Source: a virus (lineage: Duplodnaviria > Caudoviricetes). Taken from it: a stretch of 64,000 nt of DNA. Each line of letters starts with the position of its first letter. Positions within the stretch are counted from its first letter, which is position 1. This document shows positions 6,811-15,909 of the stretch, in pieces. The position numbers were made by a program, and so were the translations under genes. The DNA lies in the IMG/VR virus record IMGVR_UViG_3300028854_000488. The stretch is one strand, 5' to 3'. Below the pieces are notes generated by a model. The model saw only the letters and a program-made list of their open reading frames with translations, had not been told where the DNA came from and ran no database searches.

Positions 6811-7080
6811 TTAGATAAATTTAAAATGTATTCCTTCAATCATTTCAACATCCCTACCATCATATTTTTCTGAATCTTCTGATAAATATACTCTACCGCC
6901 ACATTCTAAGTAAATTCCACCTGGGCAATAAAGTAATTGCATAATACTACCAGGTTCTAAATTTTCATCTGGATAATCCAAATATGTATTATCAATATCA
7001 GATAATAAAACTAACAATTCTATATCAATTGGTTCGAATAATTTTAATATTATTTTATTATTAGTCTTTATATTTAGCAT
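6811..7080 (-). CDS. Hypothetical protein
   Basis: Open 89-aa frame, no motif recognised. Confidence 0.5.
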   Translation of the reverse strand: MLNIKTNNKIILKLFEPIDIELLVLLSDIDNTYLDYPDENLEPGSIMQLLYCPGGIYLECGGRVYLSEDSEKYDGRDVEMIEGIHFKFI

Positions 7081-7099
7081 ATATATTTATTTTAAATTT

Positions 7100-7570
7100 T
7101 TATTGATAGTCTTCAGTTTGAATGATACCAAATTTATGAAAATATCTTAATGGTCTCCATTTATGATTATTCACATAAAATCCCCATTTATGATATGGTT
7201 TTGAGCATAATAAAATTGTCCAGGCACCTTCTTTTGGAATATCTAAGTAATGTCTTTGTTCTGCTTTCATAAAACGTGGTTCCCATGCTTCAGCTAAATA
7301 CTTAATAGGATTTCCGTTTTTATCTGGTATTACATTAAAGTATTTACCTTTTATTATTATTGATATTAAATCGCATGAGTGATCATGAAAATAACGTCTA
7401 TCATCTGATTTAATCCAGTGATGTAATCTAATTGTGTAGCCAAAAATAATTAATGTCCATCTATATAAATATGGACATTCTTTTATTCCCATAGGTTCTT
7501 TAAACCTGATTTGGAATATTTTTCCAAATGGAATATTTTCATAATTTTTAAATACTAAAATTTTTTCCAT
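7100..7570 (-). CDS. Cupin-like conserved phage protein
   Basis: YLYRW...IRLHHWIKSDD.RYFHDH...SIIIKGKY, HxH metal motif. Confidence 0.6.
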   Translation of the reverse strand: MEKILVFKNYENIPFGKIFQIRFKEPMGIKECPYLYRWTLIIFGYTIRLHHWIKSDDRRYFHDHSCDLISIIIKGKYFNVIPDKNGNPIKYLAEAWEPRFMKAEQRHYLDIPKEGAWTILLCSKPYHKWGFYVNNHKWRPLRYFHKFGIIQTEDYQ

Positions 7571-7584
7571 TTTATAAAATTTTG

Positions 7585-7782
7585 TCAGTTGGGAAGGATT
7601 CGAACCCCCTATCTTTTGCCTGTTTGATATTAAAAATATTAATCTCTTATTTTCGGTTATTTTCTATAGTAGCTAATTATATTTAAACGACTTACTTCTT
7701 TAAAATTTTTTCTTATTAATACGATTAGTTCTATACTAGTTATAGACTAATCCAACTGCTCTACCTATTGAGCTACCAACCG
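7585..7782 (-). tRNA. 198-nt tRNA-like element with about 110-120 nt inserted in the anticodon arm (intron-containing tRNA or tRNA-like ncRNA; isotype unresolved)
   Basis: Acceptor CGGTTGG/CCAACTG-A, D arm GCTC-AATAGGTA-GAGC, T arm GGGGG-TTCGAAT-CCTTC. Confidence 0.6.
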
Positions 7783-7791
7783 CGGTTTTAA

Positions 7792-7944
7792 TTATTTATA
7801 TGCATATAATCCATCTGAATCAACTTCATGATATTTAGCATGATTTTTATGTAAGAATTTACGACTTTGAAGTCCATTTGTTGATACACAGTTAGACAAT
7901 AAAAAAGATAATACTAAAATTAATAAGATTTTTGTTGATTTCAT
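7792..7944 (-). CDS. Small putative lipoprotein (50 aa)
   Basis: MKSTKILLILVLSFLLSNC lipobox-like signal; manual translation. Confidence 0.5.
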   Translation of the reverse strand: MKSTKILLILVLSFLLSNCVSTNGLQSRKFLHKNHAKYHEVDSDGLYAYK

Positions 7945-7972
7945 AATTTTTATTTTATATTGTTTTATTCTA

Positions 7973-8004
7973 CAAAATTAGAATATTTTTTTAAATCTAC
8001 CAAA
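7973..8004 (-). promoter_or_regulatory. Bacteroidota-type sigma promoter
   Basis: TTTG-N20-TAATTTTG. Confidence 0.7.
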
Positions 8005-8313
8005 TATTTTAAACTTATTTATGATTTTTTATTTCAGAAATTATTTCTTCTGTACAAACACTAATATAATATTGAAAATAGATTTTAATATTTTCATATT
8101 TTAAATTATTTTTCGATTACGTGATTTGTATTACCATCAAATGCTTCAATTATAAATTCAACATCAAAATTATTATACTGACTTGTTTTTAAATTTGATA
8201 TTAATCTTTTTAGAACAAGTGGTTCTTTTAACCATTCTTCAAGCATTTCTATTGCTTCTTCTTTATTTTTATGAATTGTCGCCATATATTTTATTTTTAT
8301 AAAATTATTATTT

Positions 8314-8682
8314 TTAATTTATTACTAAATAAGGCATTCCTCCTGGTAATACTTTCCAAAAATCTCTCGGCATCAAATAAGACATTTTATCAACTGCAAT
8401 TCCTAAGCAAACTAATTCATCAACTGTAGCATGAAAATCTGTCCACTGAACTCCATTCTTATCCTCACACATATTTAGAAATGACCAACCATCTCCAGAC
8501 CCTTTTTTGAAATAGTCAGGTAAGTCATTTAGCATATCAGAAATATTTGACTTATTTTCTTCCAATTTTTTAACACAAAAACTGGCTTTTGTTAATACTC
8601 CATCTACTATTTTTGTATCAACACTATCATTAGATAGACATTTTTTAAAAATGTTATGAACATTTTCTGCTGTTAAATTCAT
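8314..8682 (-). CDS. Conserved phage hypothetical protein
   Basis: GWSFLNMCEDKNGVQWT...VDELVCLG...LPGGMPY motif. Confidence 0.65.
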   Translation of the reverse strand: MNLTAENVHNIFKKCLSNDSVDTKIVDGVLTKASFCVKKLEENKSNISDMLNDLPDYFKKGSGDGWSFLNMCEDKNGVQWTDFHATVDELVCLGIAVDKMSYLMPRDFWKVLPGGMPYLVIN

Positions 8683-8684
8683 AA

Positions 8685-9740
8685 TTATTTATTTTTTAAA
8701 TATTCTTGATATTGTTTTGGATAATTATCAATTATATATTGTTTATGTTGTTTTTTACCATACATATCAGCATAATCAAAAGCATCACATTTTTTACTTG
8801 TACCACGAGGATAGCCATCCTCCACAATACTCAAATCTGCGCCATGAGTCATTAATGCATCTATAACATCTATAATTTTTTTAGACTTATATTTATTACC
8901 TAAAATTTGCATCAATGGAGTAAAATTTATATGTATCATTGGCTTATTAACATCACAACCTCCATTAATGAGTGCTATCGCAACATCATATTGTTGTTCA
9001 TAAATTGCATACAGTAAAAGTGTCCAATTTACTTCACCGTGTTCTGATATATTTTTATTACAAGGTAAATCTTTAATATAAGAATCTAAATCACCTCCAT
9101 TTTTAATATATTCTTGTACTTCTTCTAAATCTCCAATCTTAACTGTTTTTATAATATCATTTTTTTTTACAGGAACTGAGTTTGTATCAAATTTATCTAA
9201 TTTTGGATTACCATAATCTGCAATATATTCAATAAAATCATCAGAATCTGTTATTCTTTTACCATCAATTTCAACTACTGCTGAAGTTTCATCTTCACAA
9301 TCACCTAAACAAATCCAAATAGATTGATCTGAATTTTTAACTAATTTTTTTGCTTTTTTCTGTGTAAGTTTATTAGGATCAAAATCATATCCATCTTCAC
9401 CATCTGATGGAGATATGGATAGCATAACTTCGCTTGACCCACAATTTTTACATTTACACTTCATTGTTCTTTTTTGTGGTTTAACAAATGTGTTAAAATT
9501 TGTTACTGTTGGTTGTGTATTATTTTCATCAACATTTAAAATTTCATGTTCTGATGATGTTACATTAATTAAAGTTGTTGTTTTTGAGTTTCTAAAAATT
9601 CTAACAATAGAATTACCTGTACCTGATTTAGATATTCTTTTCCATTGTTTAGAATCTAATAAAGGAGAATTATTTTCCACACCTTTTTCACTATAATAAT
9701 CAATGATTGCTTCTACACAATCTGAAGTTTCAATTTTCAT
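8685..9740 (-). CDS. Multidomain protein: shared N-terminal domain, CxxC segment, C-terminal ankyrin repeats
   Basis: WTLLLYAI...ALINGGCDVN, FTPLMQIL...LMTHGADL; N-terminus paralogous to 9748-10689. Confidence 0.7.
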   Translation of the reverse strand: MKIETSDCVEAIIDYYSEKGVENNSPLLDSKQWKRISKSGTGNSIVRIFRNSKTTTLINVTSSEHEILNVDENNTQPTVTNFNTFVKPQKRTMKCKCKNCGSSEVMLSISPSDGEDGYDFDPNKLTQKKAKKLVKNSDQSIWICLGDCEDETSAVVEIDGKRITDSDDFIEYIADYGNPKLDKFDTNSVPVKKNDIIKTVKIGDLEEVQEYIKNGGDLDSYIKDLPCNKNISEHGEVNWTLLLYAIYEQQYDVAIALINGGCDVNKPMIHINFTPLMQILGNKYKSKKIIDVIDALMTHGADLSIVEDGYPRGTSKKCDAFDYADMYGKKQHKQYIIDNYPKQYQEYLKNK

Positions 9741-9747
9741 ATATTAT

Positions 9748-10689
9748 TTATTTTACTGTAAAACCATTATCACTTAATATCTTTTTAATCTCTACAACTG
9801 ACAACTCAGAAGTAATACCAATGAAACCATTGTCATCCATTTGAATTTCACCAAGTTCAAGTTCTTCCAATTCAGGTAATTCTGGTAATACTTCATCATC
9901 ATACATATAATCTTCACCTTTAACATAAACTGTAATACCAATATTTATATCATAATCCGAATAAGTCTCTTTTTGCCAATCAATTTTAGATATGCTAAAA
10001 TCTTCAACTTCTAATATATATTTTGATTTTTTTGATTTTTCTTTTTTAATTTTAGGTATAATAGTATTAGAGCTTACTGGAGTAACAAGAGTTGCATAGC
10101 CTAATAAACTTAATGCGTAACCTTTTATAAGTTCTCCTTTTTTTACAAAACTATTATTTGTTGGTGATATTGATTTTAAAACACAACTACCACCATATTC
10201 ATCATATTTCATTTTCAGAATTTGAGCATCACCAATAGGATGTCCGTTTATGATATTAACAATATCACCATCTTGAAATCCATAACAATTTTTCATTTCA
10301 TCTTTAACATCTTGATATAAAACATTGTTATTTTTTATGTAAACTTCAAGACAATCTTTGAACATATCTCTACCATATGAAGTCACAAAAACTCTATCAG
10401 ATTTTTCTGATTTTTTTATATTTGTATTGAAATTATCAAAATTTGTGATAATATTTTTATTGAATGTATCAATTTTACTAACATTAAATATTTCTGTATC
10501 ACTTGATACAACATAAATTTCATTGCTTGTAATTTTATTTTGAAATTTACGAATTATATTATCACCTGTACCAGTTTTAGAAATTCTTTTCCATTGTTTA
10601 CTATCAAGTAAAGGTGAACTACTTTCAGTTCCTTTTTCTAAAAAATGATTGATTATTGCTTCTACACAATCTGATGTTTCAATTTTCAT
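9748..10689 (-). CDS. Paralog sharing only the N-terminal domain with 8685-9740
   Basis: MKIETSDCVEAII...SPLLDSKQWKRISK.GTG shared; C-terminal parts unrelated. Confidence 0.65.
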   Translation of the reverse strand: MKIETSDCVEAIINHFLEKGTESSSPLLDSKQWKRISKTGTGDNIIRKFQNKITSNEIYVVSSDTEIFNVSKIDTFNKNIITNFDNFNTNIKKSEKSDRVFVTSYGRDMFKDCLEVYIKNNNVLYQDVKDEMKNCYGFQDGDIVNIINGHPIGDAQILKMKYDEYGGSCVLKSISPTNNSFVKKGELIKGYALSLLGYATLVTPVSSNTIIPKIKKEKSKKSKYILEVEDFSISKIDWQKETYSDYDINIGITVYVKGEDYMYDDEVLPELPELEELELGEIQMDDNGFIGITSELSVVEIKKILSDNGFTVK

Positions 10690-10757
10690 ATATTTATATT
10701 TTAATTTGATACAAAGGTCATGAAATAATTTGAATTAAAAAAATTTTTTAATTATTT

Positions 10758-11294
10758 TTAACACAATTTTCTACGTCTGCTAATAAGATCAATTAATTCT
10801 TTTTCAAAATTAATATTTACCTCTCTTGCGATTGGTAAAATATAAAAATCTGTTTGATCTAAATAATATGAAATTTTACCTGATGTATGAGTATCTAAAT
10901 GCAAATCAGTAAGGTTACTAATTCTATCCGCACATTTTAATATTTTTGCTCTATTTGATCCAGTTTTTAATATTCTTTCAAGATAGACTTCTTTTGATTC
11001 ATTATCACTTTTAGATACTTCCAAAATTAAATTCACAACTGCGGGTCCATCATCGTCAATTCTTCTAATTTCATCAATTCTTTCTAATCCGTTAAAATCT
11101 TCTACAAAATCATGTAAAACAGAAGCTTTTAATAAAATTGAATCATTATAATTATAATCAATCAAAATACCAAGTGTGGCAAATTGATGTCTAAATTGAT
11201 TACCACCGCCTTTTCTACTAATTCCAATTAAACCAGTGGCAATAGTAATATAAGGAGCCAAACATATTTCTTCTAGAGATGTTAAATTATTCAT
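10758..11294 (-). CDS. HD-domain (p)ppGpp hydrolase-like protein (SAH/Mesh1-like)
   Basis: ASVLHDFVED, LILEVSK, KILKCADRISNL. Confidence 0.8.
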   Translation of the reverse strand: MNNLTSLEEICLAPYITIATGLIGISRKGGGNQFRHQFATLGILIDYNYNDSILLKASVLHDFVEDFNGLERIDEIRRIDDDGPAVVNLILEVSKSDNESKEVYLERILKTGSNRAKILKCADRISNLTDLHLDTHTSGKISYYLDQTDFYILPIAREVNINFEKELIDLISRRRKLC

Positions 11295-11730
11295 AATCAG
11301 AACTTTTTACAATTTTACTTAATTTATTTTTTCTATCATATTGTAATTTAAGAATATTGTATTCTGTTAAATTATTTATTATTATTCTATCTATAAATGG
11401 CATAAATACATGATCTCTTTTAAAATATGATGTCATTATAGTATAATCTTCATTTTTCATTTTTGAAAAAATATAAGGTAGTTCTATAATTTCATTAAAT
11501 TCTCCCCAATAAGAATAATCATTATTCCAATATTGTTTCCATTTACCATTTTTTGTTATTGGTATTTTTGAATATCCACCAGTAGGATTTACACTATATA
11601 TTACTTTAATATTATTTACTATGAGAGTTTCACTATCAAGTTGAAGTGAGCACAAACAAGTACATATAAGATTTTTTCTTGAGTAATTTTTAGGCGTTAT
11701 GTAACTAACATCTTTACTTGGTTTAATCAT
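11287..11730 (-). CDS. Hypothetical protein with RKxKL C-terminal motif
   Basis: Ends YDRKNKLSKIV. Confidence 0.55.
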   Translation of the reverse strand: MIKPSKDVSYITPKNYSRKNLICTCLCSLQLDSETLIVNNIKVIYSVNPTGGYSKIPITKNGKWKQYWNNDYSYWGEFNEIIELPYIFSKMKNEDYTIMTSYFKRDHVFMPFIDRIIINNLTEYNILKLQYDRKNKLSKIVKSSDYE

Positions 11731-11735
11731 AAGAT

Positions 11736-12179
11736 TTATTTATAAGATTTTAAAATTTTATCAGTATCTCTTTTAATGTCTCGTTCCTTAATACTTTCCT
11801 TTTTATTGTAGGTGTTTTTGCCTTTTGCTATACAAACTGTAACTTTACAAAGTCCTTTTTCATTTATGAACATATTTTTAGCTATGATAGTAAATCCTTT
11901 TTCTTTTACTTTTTTACGAATTTTAGATAATTCTTTCTTTTTAAGTAAAAGTTTTCTTGGTCTTTTTGGCTCATGATTATATCTATTACCAAATTCATAT
12001 TCATCAATATGAGAATTTAATAAATATAATTCATTTCCTTGAAATGCACAATAACTATCAACAATAGATACTTTACCTAATCTTATTGACTTTATTTCTG
12101 TTCCTACAAGACAAATACCCGATACTATTTCATCAAGTAGTTCATATTCATAAGATGCTTTTTTATTTTTGATTATCAT
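11736..12179 (-). CDS. smpB: SsrA-binding protein SmpB
   Basis: NKKASYEYE...GICLVGTEIKSIR, HEPKRPRKLLL, GKNTYNKKESIKERD. Confidence 0.96.
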   Translation of the reverse strand: MIIKNKKASYEYELLDEIVSGICLVGTEIKSIRLGKVSIVDSYCAFQGNELYLLNSHIDEYEFGNRYNHEPKRPRKLLLKKKELSKIRKKVKEKGFTIIAKNMFINEKGLCKVTVCIAKGKNTYNKKESIKERDIKRDTDKILKSYK

Positions 12180-12238
12180 TTTTAAATTCTTTATTTAAAT
12201 GCAAATATACATATATTTTTAATATATTCAATAAATAT

Positions 12239-12523
12239 CTATAACATTTTAAGTTTTTTTAATTTTATCTTTCTAAGTTCATTTTTTGCATAAAAATTAT
12301 TTATAATTTCATCATTTGATAAATAACCACGATCAACTCTATATGAATAATATAACCCAGGTAATTTTCTAAATTTATTATTACTTATTTTTTTAAATTT
12401 AGGATGCAATACAACATCATCTATTATATATTCTTTATATTTTTTATAACATTTATAATCATCTTTACATATAATTATATTACCAATATTATAAATTAAT
12501 TTATTTTTATTTTTATTTTTCAT
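12239..12523 (-). CDS. Small hypothetical protein with RKxKL tail
   Basis: IGNIIICK N-terminal beta motif, ends ELRKIKLKKL. Confidence 0.55.
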   Translation of the reverse strand: MKNKNKNKLIYNIGNIIICKDDYKCYKKYKEYIIDDVVLHPKFKKISNNKFRKLPGLYYSYRVDRGYLSNDEIINNFYAKNELRKIKLKKLKML

Positions 12524-12899
12524 ATAAATTATATTCCCAAAAACTTAATTTTCCTTTTATATTTTCAATTGGAGTTTCAAATAAAATTGGATTTTTTAAT
12601 ACCCAATGATATGATCCTTCTTCCGCCCAAATTGATTTTGAATTTTTAACACAATCAACGATTTCAACACTTCCAATTATTGCACTAAAAATATAATGAC
12701 TTTCTATTGGATTTAATTTTTTATGATTAGTTGTAATATATTCTTGCTGTTCTATATTTATATATGAATCTGATATTTTTTTTGATGAATGAATTAATAT
12801 TCTACCTCTAAAATTTGTTTTCCAACTACGATTTTCAACATCTTTTATACCTGAACATATTAAATATGACCATGGTTGTTTAACTGAAAATGTTTTCAT
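12513..12899 (-). CDS. ASCH domain protein
   Basis: SVKQPWSYLICSGIKDVENRSWKTNFRGRILIHSS. Confidence 0.9.
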   Translation of the reverse strand: MKTFSVKQPWSYLICSGIKDVENRSWKTNFRGRILIHSSKKISDSYINIEQQEYITTNHKKLNPIESHYIFSAIIGSVEIVDCVKNSKSIWAEEGSYHWVLKNPILFETPIENIKGKLSFWEYNLYEK

Positions 12900-13852
12900 A
12901 TTATAATCTTACCTTTATTTGAAAAATTATATTTTTTTATTACTTCATTAATAACTTGATCAACAGTAGGATGACATTTATAAATATTTTTATCAGGATC
13001 TACATCTTGTCCAATTGTTGTAGAATTTTCTAAACAAAAAGCAACAGGAGACATAATAGTATGATTATTATTATGAATAATATTATATTTCATATCAGAA
13101 CTACAAAATTTATTACAAGTACCTAATATATAAGAATATTTATAATCCTGAGTAGCATTTCTATATGGTGCTCTAAATCTAGGATCAATTGAGCTACCCA
13201 ATTGTATAATATATGTATCTGTAGTACCTGCTAAATGTAAAATTCCAGAATCCATAGTAATTATCATAGATGATTTATTAAGTACATGCCATGTTTGATG
13301 AATATCAAGTTTATTTACCAAATTTAATACATTTTTAGTATTAATATTATATATTGGTTTATTAATATGATATGTACCTATTTCACTAGAATCTTTACCA
13401 ATAACAACAACTGGAATATTCAATTTATTCAATTTAGTTACTAATTCATTCCAACTTTCTTTTTCCCAAGTTCTTGACGGCCAAGTTTTTGAAGGATGTA
13501 TTACAATATAATTATCAGGCAAATCAATTGGTTTATATTCATCAGGATAAAATTCGATTTCCATTTCTTCAGGTAATAATTGAAATCCTGAACTTAATGC
13601 ATGTAATTGTCTAATATCAATTCTTGTATGAACAAATTTATCAGGTCTAAATGTTTCTATTAATAAATCATCTTCATCTATATCATAATTATCTACTATT
13701 GTTATATATGGATAATTTTTTAATAAATCTGGTTGATAAGTATATACATGAATATTTTTATTATAAATTTTATTTAAATGTTTTATAGTAGGTATTGCGC
13801 ATAATGTATCTCCAATACTATGAGAACCGATTAAAACTAATATTTTATTCAT
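12896..13852 (-). CDS. Glycosyltransferase family 9 (heptosyltransferase-like)
   Basis: SIGDTL, IVIHPSKTWPSRTW, ITMDSGILHLAG. Confidence 0.85.
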   Translation of the reverse strand: MNKILVLIGSHSIGDTLCAIPTIKHLNKIYNKNIHVYTYQPDLLKNYPYITIVDNYDIDEDDLLIETFRPDKFVHTRIDIRQLHALSSGFQLLPEEMEIEFYPDEYKPIDLPDNYIVIHPSKTWPSRTWEKESWNELVTKLNKLNIPVVVIGKDSSEIGTYHINKPIYNINTKNVLNLVNKLDIHQTWHVLNKSSMIITMDSGILHLAGTTDTYIIQLGSSIDPRFRAPYRNATQDYKYSYILGTCNKFCSSDMKYNIIHNNNHTIMSPVAFCLENSTTIGQDVDPDKNIYKCHPTVDQVINEVIKKYNFSNKGKIII

Positions 13853-14183
13853 CTTTTTTTGTATTTTTATCTACCATTTCTAATATATAATCATAATAAT
13901 CTATATTTTTATAATCAATAAATGAATATATTTTAGCCAAATATTTAACCAAATCAATATAAGTTAAATATGAATCATACTCGCTATCAGAAATATATTC
14001 AGAATATTTATCTCTAATTCTATCAGTAGAGCCATAATAATCATAAATTTCTTTCCATTTTTTAATAGCGCCACTTTCATTAACTAAAAAATATAATATT
14101 AGATAATATTGATTATCATCAAGTTTTCTATATTCAGTATCATCTATATCTATTTTTTCATATAATTTATTAAAATATTTCAT
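13845..14183 (-). CDS. Hypothetical protein
   Basis: Starts MKYFNKLYE (N-terminal motif family). Confidence 0.5.
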   Translation of the reverse strand: MKYFNKLYEKIDIDDTEYRKLDDNQYYLILYFLVNESGAIKKWKEIYDYYGSTDRIRDKYSEYISDSEYDSYLTYIDLVKYLAKIYSFIDYKNIDYYDYILEMVDKNTKKDE

Positions 14184-14196
14184 ATTATTTATTTTT

Positions 14197-15273
14197 TTAT
14201 TCAAAAACGTTATCATCGTAGTATTTTTCTATTGCTTCTTTATAAAACAGCACTTCTTTCATATTAATTGGTTTGAAGTGATTACCATCAACTCCAACAT
14301 CAAGTCCATATCTTTTAACTTTTTGTCTACCATGAATGTGACCAAATAGATTAAATAATCTTTTGTTAGCATTCAATGGTTCATGAGTTAAAAATAAATT
14401 TTCATTTTTATCAAATTCGTTAAATGGTAAAACTTTTTCATCATCAATATTAGTTGATATTATTAAATCATTATATACATTTTTAAACCCTTTGTCTATC
14501 AACATTTTTTTAAATGATTTAAAATCTCCTTTATAATCTTTATTCATTTCATCTATTTCATAATTTCCTAATATTAAGAATATATTACCATTCAATTTAT
14601 TAATAAATGAGTAATTTCCAAAATCACCCAAATTATAAACAGTATCATTCGGTTTAACAACTGAATTCCAGCAATTAACCATATATTGATTCATTTCTTC
14701 AACTGAAGTGAAAGGGCGTTTAGATAAATCAAGTGTTCTTTTACTTCCGAAATGTTCATCAGACGTAAAAAAAGTATCTGGTTTAGAATTTGATAAAAAA
14801 TCTATTTTATTTTTAACTTCATTTAATACTTCTTTATAAGTATTAAGTACTTTAACATTATAATCTTTTTCAAGTCTATTTTTAATGTATTTTTTCATTG
14901 GAAATTCTTCATCAATTCCAATTATAATTTTTTTATTACATTTTGAAATCCATTCACCAATTTCAAATCTAGTAGTTTGTCCATACATTCTACCTTCTAT
15001 TTTTTCCTCTTCTTTTGGAATCCAAAAAATAAGTATATCAGCTTCATTTAAATATTCTGTTTCCCATTTTACTTGTTCATCAAAATTGAATTTTGATTTA
15101 TCTAATGATTTTCTTCTTGGATTTGTAACTACTAAATTTTTATATCCAGATAAATCATTGCATATATTTGGTTGCCAATTAGGTGCACCTTGAATAGGTC
15201 CACCTAAAAAAACGTATACATTATTTCCTTTTTTATCATCAATTTTTTCAGGACTTGTTATAATTTTTGTCAT
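14197..15273 (-). CDS. Fusion of nucleoside 2-deoxyribosyltransferase-like and calcineurin-like metallophosphoesterase domains
   Basis: VFLGGPI...WQ...NPRR...QVKWE..YL..AD.LIFW..TTRFEIG; then FTSDEHFG, LGDFG, GNYE, LTHEP, GHIH. Confidence 0.85.
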   Translation of the reverse strand: MTKIITSPEKIDDKKGNNVYVFLGGPIQGAPNWQPNICNDLSGYKNLVVTNPRRKSLDKSKFNFDEQVKWETEYLNEADILIFWIPKEEEKIEGRMYGQTTRFEIGEWISKCNKKIIIGIDEEFPMKKYIKNRLEKDYNVKVLNTYKEVLNEVKNKIDFLSNSKPDTFFTSDEHFGSKRTLDLSKRPFTSVEEMNQYMVNCWNSVVKPNDTVYNLGDFGNYSFINKLNGNIFLILGNYEIDEMNKDYKGDFKSFKKMLIDKGFKNVYNDLIISTNIDDEKVLPFNEFDKNENLFLTHEPLNANKRLFNLFGHIHGRQKVKRYGLDVGVDGNHFKPINMKEVLFYKEAIEKYYDDNVFE

Positions 15274-15290
15274 TTTATTTTTATATTTTT

Positions 15291-15479
15291 TTATAATTTC
15301 CAACTAATACCATCTACATATGATTGTTTAAATTTCAAAATCTCTTCGTTTAATTTATCATCATTAGTAATTTCTAATTGTGCAATTTTAATTAATTCTT
15401 TCGTTTCTGTAATGGTAAATACTCTTCTTCCACTATCATTAGTAAGTGTTTCTATTAGTAAATCTGTTTTTGTTTTCAT
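15291..15479 (-). CDS. Small hypothetical protein
   Basis: Short ORF in operon context. Confidence 0.45.
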   Translation of the reverse strand: MKTKTDLLIETLTNDSGRRVFTITETKELIKIAQLEITNDDKLNEEILKFKQSYVDGISWKL

Positions 15480-15544
15480 ATATTATTTAAGGTTTTTATT
15501 TTTTCTTTTCTATTATTTTTCTCAAATTCAATTTCAATTTTCAA

Positions 15545-15904
15545 TTAAATGGCGAACATTTTGTTATATATGATGATGTGATGTAGAATACATAAAAATA
15601 TCTGACATACTTGCTCAAATTCAGTTTCAATTTTCAATTTTTTATTAAATGACGAACATTTTGTTATATATGATGCAGTAGAATATGAAAAAAGTTCTGA
15701 TATATTCGGCCCATTCAAATCATTTTTAACAGAAAACCATGTGATTTTTTTATCATTCCAAACTCTAAACCAAATAGAATTAAAATCATTATCTAATTCA
15801 TATTCTGTTTTTTCATAATCTCTCAATTCCCTATATTTTAATATATTACGACCATTATCATAATAGTCGTCATCTAATAGTCTATAAATTTTGTTGAATT
15901 CCAT
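15545..15904 (-). CDS. Hypothetical protein with degenerate 3' tandem duplication
   Basis: CGAACATTTTGTTATATATGATG repeated about 100 bp apart. Confidence 0.45.
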   Translation of the reverse strand: MEFNKIYRLLDDDYYDNGRNILKYRELRDYEKTEYELDNDFNSIWFRVWNDKKITWFSVKNDLNGPNISELFSYSTASYITKCSSFNKKLKIETEFEQVCQIFLCILHHIIIYNKMFAI

Positions 15905-15909
15905 ATATT

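Noticed and set aside
7722-7752. Hairpin loop ACTAG in the tRNA-like element could be read as a CTA amber-suppressor anticodon
   Set aside because: 5-nt loop without U33, stem far longer than an anticodon arm, and no sign of TAG reassignment in the window.
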